DNA of 64,000 nucleotides from Laetmonice hystrix (Eukaryota): NCBI GenBank assembly GCA_965235115.1, contig OZ249440.1, positions 19,282,001 to 19,346,000 of the forward strand, read 5' to 3'. Shown piece by piece: positions 60,701 to 64,000 of this stretch (position 1 is its first letter; each line of letters starts with the position of its first letter). The notes under the pieces were generated by a model. It saw only the letters and a program-made list of their open reading frames with translations, ran no database searches and was not told where the DNA came from. The position numbers and the translations under genes were made by a program.

Positions 60701-62913
60701 TTCAGTGCATGGTCGTGATTTAAGAGGAGGGAGTCAGAGGTCCCCTGAATAATTTTTCATGCCCAGTTTGTTATGGCTTGTTTGTAGTTTATCCAGAATG
60801 GGTCTCTGATAGGAGTTAGTCAGAGGAAGTGTGGGGGTGGAGATAGGAAGGAAGGAACATGGAAATTTTGGTTGTCAGGATGAACTCACATGTCAACCTG
60901 TGCTATCAAAAACTGTGCGGTAGTTGGCATGAACTCTGTCTCTCCCCATAACTATAACCAATTGCAATGGATTTTGATGGTACAAGTGATGATGTGAATA
61001 ATTATCTAGTATGTGTTCAAGAGTGAAAAAAATTGGTTCAGCCTATTTAGCTCAACTATCTCAACAATAGGGCAGACAATGGGCCAAGTTTGTTCAACAT
61101 AAGTAGTATGCGTATACATAGAACTTTTTTTTAAAGATGACTTCAAATAGGCACAACACAAAACCAGTGCAACAATGAGCAAAATCAGATCAGTATACAT
61201 GTACAATGTGTTGGTTTGTCAGCCCATTATGTAAGCCAGCTGTTCTTTTGAGATCGCACAATGTCATGAATTTGTCTGCAATTTCACAAGAATCAAAGAT
61301 CAGAGAATGAAAGTGGATTTCCGTGAAATTTTGTATAGGCCTAATATGAATTTATAGTGAGAGAGGTTCAAGGATGAGCAAAATTGGGTCACTATAAGTA
61401 GGTCAGCTGCCCCCCTTTTAATAATGAAAGTTGGTTTTTGAACAGGGGTATAAAGTTATGTAACAAATCATGAAATTATGAGCATGGCACCACCTGTTGT
61501 TTTATCCATGACCCCATGGCCTAGATGATGACATGAAGATTGACCTATAACCGTTACCCAAATACAGGTCCCAGTAGTCTGACCTGTTACTAGTAACACA
61601 TTGGCCGACCACATTATCACTGAATGTAAGCGTACAGTGCATTTACTGTAATCTGTCAGATGTGTATTGAATACTATATGCCTGAAGGACCATTTCTTGT
61701 GTATGCTGTGTCATTCACTCCAGAGTTTGGAGCTGCACTTACTCAAGCTAGTGCTGCATAAACAGTACATTACAATTTACAGAGAATTAGAAGCTACTGG
61801 GGGTAACTTGAGATCGTGTATCCTACCAAAAACTGTTGGATATATACAGTATCTTATATACTTTATCAGTAAATATTTCATTGACCAGGGTAGCCTTATA
61901 TTATTTCCACTGGCCAGGATATCCTCGGAATTGTTTAATATGTACATCTCCCATACAGATGTGTTGGCACATGTATGACAATGGAGATTTTTTTTATCAC
62001 AAATGACAGAATGGGAGAATGGATCATGAGACTCTGTAATACCCAGGGTGAATCACTGTGGTAGTTACCCTAGCCTAGATCTTGTTATACCCAGCCAGCA
62101 TGATTTGTAGACAAATTGGGGAAAATATCGGCAGCAGTTCTTCACTGACAAGGTCTAGGGCACCCAGTTTATTGTTACCAGTAAACATCCCATCATATCA
62201 CAGTAGCTGTGTAAACACCCAAGGTTTCCCAGTCAAAATTTACTGAAGAATTGAAAATCAGTCAAATCCCGTGGCTATGAGGGATATTAGAAAGGTTTTA
62301 AATGCTGTACATGTGACATGTATGTTTATGAAGTTTGTGTTTATAATTTTGACAGTGATATACAACTTCTGGGAAGAAGGACTTCACAAATTACGACTCG
62401 ATGTTGGTGACACCGTTCATATTCTCAGGATAAATGTTGGTAGGTGATACTGATAGGGTTTTTTGTTTGAGCATTTTACTTCATTTATTCAGAAATCAGA
62501 GATTTTCAATTGATTGATGTAATTTCACTAAAAAGCAAGGTACCGTATTCTGAAGTTCCGAGGGAATTATCATGTATTTCATAGCACTGCTTTGGGACTT
62601 TGATAGATTATTGTAGATCTCTTAGCAGATCGGGGGGGGGGGGGGGTCCTGGGGTCCCCTTTGGCATCACTTTTTCTGTTTTTCCCTATAGATAGAGCTT
62701 TCTGAATTAACTATGCTAGACTCCCTCCCCCCCTTTTGCCAGATTCCCCCCATTGATCCCCCTGCCCCTGCTCCCCATTGGAGGTTAATAAGCCACTTTG
62801 AATTTTTGTCTTACAGATTGGTATTTTGGCTACAACACCCGCAACAGAAATGTCAAGGGGATATTCCCTAAAAACTACATCGTTTTAAAAGATGCCTTCA
62901 TAACACATCATGG
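57743..62913 (+). CDS. DOCK1: DOCK-A family Rac GEF (DOCK1/2/5, mbc/CED-5-like), first three coding exons (SH3 domain); gene continues beyond the window
   Basis: Exons 57743-57788 (46 nt), 62356-62439 (84 nt) and 62817-62913 (97 nt), all GT-AG and in phase: MTGWLPADEETKYGVVIYNFWEEGLHKLRLDVGDTVHILRINVDWYFGYNTRNRNVKGIFPKNYIVLKDA. This matches the DOCK1-type N-terminus (W..KYGV..YN..L.L..GDTVHIL..WY.G..KGIFP..YI.LK). Confidence 0.9.
58092..58525 (+). mobile_element. 5'-truncated CR1-type LINE 3' end in DOCK intron 1
   Basis: LRGDMIETFKIL..TRGHSLKIFK..RLDVRKYSFTFRVAEAWNNL..VSSPTVKTFERRLDKYW is the typical CR1 ORF2 C-terminus. Short repeated tail ACCTGTAAGTA. Confidence 0.85.
60164..60461. mobile_element. 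hAT-like MITE (GGTTCC(C/T)A termini, internal GGAAAAGTCC repeats)
   Basis: ATGGTTCCTAC...ATGGGAACCATG inverted termini and multiple GGAAAAGTC motifs. AAGATA lies on both flanks. Confidence 0.55.
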
Positions 62914-64000
62914 GTGAGTGTTTTTTTTTCTTTTGTTTACTAATCTATAAAACATTATGGCCTTTTTCTTGTGTTTGTAGTGTACAGTACCAAACTACTA
63001 AGCTTGCATGCAGACCTGTGGCAATGATTCAGTCACGTCCAATCATGTTTGAATAGATTTTGTCCAAGATATTAAGCAGGACAAGCTCGGAGAGGGCATT
63101 GACCTGATCCTGTCAGTTTATGGTTTGTTTATCAGGGGGCAGCACTGATGGCACTATAGGATTGACCAACCAGTGTGTGCATGGGAAATATCATCTGTAG
63201 CTTTACACATCCATCCAACTGATGAACAAAAGCACACAGCAGAGACAACATTTTCACACAACCACGCAAATTGTCATGTTTATTTGAAAATTTACATTTG
63301 AAAAAGAGAAATGTAAAATGATAAAATCTGCCAGTTTTGGATAAATTGTGTATCATGAGATAACCTGTCAGGGCTGGAGTCAGTGCATGAGCCCCACATC
63401 CTCACTGGGGAATCAGGTCAGCCCCAGAGGTCAGCTGGGCCCATGGCCAGGTCTGAAGGGGTCACCAGGCTGCAGGGTGGACTGGCTGTTGGTTGGGGTG
63501 GTGTGGTAGGGGCCTGGGATCAACAATAATGGTCATCACAGATCCTATTGTTGCCATGTCAGCTCCAACAGCACTGGCTAACTGTGAATCATGATTCACC
63601 AAGACCTTAGTTATCCAGTGCCTTTCCACCATTTCCTTGGTTCAACTGAATTACCAGTACTACTGTACTACTAGTCAAGTGCTTCGGTTGGTGGATTTTT
63701 GCTTTGAAAAAGAAACCTTCCCTGGCTGTAGCGAATAGGTCTGGTTTTTTTTTGTTTTTTATTTATTTTGTTCAGTTTAGAAATATCACTTAATCCACTA
63801 GGCTGAGGGTGGAGCTCGGTGCCTGGTTGTAGGAGATCTGTGTGCCTACAGGTTTGGCTCGGTGCCTGTTTGGGAGAAAGCTCTGCACCTGACATGAACC
63901 AAAAGTAGGGCCTACTAAAAACACATCAGTTCATGTCGATGCTTGGTATTATACGTACTAGGCCATGTTATTTCAGGACTTGAAAGGTAACTAATAAAAA

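Overview
Metazoan (probably marine invertebrate) genomic DNA, intron-rich, with no rRNA, tRNA or CRISPR locus recognised. (1) 1-12.0 kb is a dense transposon cluster. It holds MITEs, two LINE relics, a DIRS/Ngaro-like scrap, a Gypsy RNase H relic and two Gypsy-type relics carrying baculovirus-F/errantivirus-like env genes. One of these is a fully delimited 2.6-kb element (6750-9356) with 79/93-bp LTRs, a tRNA-Trp-like PBS, a PPT and an AAAG target-site duplication, and it retains essentially only env. (2) 14984-54044 on the minus strand is a complete dynactin subunit 1 (p150Glued, DCTN1) gene, which I reconstructed by hand as about 32-35 coding exons with consistent phases. It shows unusual splice architecture: an 8-copy 94-bp array of one intron/exon junction, three paralogous exons after the CAP-Gly domain, three duplicated 45-nt exons upstream of the ATG, and candidate microexons. 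(3) A secreted C-type lectin gene (QPD/WND) is nested antisense in the 17-kb DCTN1 intron. (4) From 57743 the first three coding exons of a DOCK1/2/5-type gene (SH3 domain) run on the plus strand, head-to-head with DCTN1. All calls come from manual translation and recalled family motifs; no database search was run.
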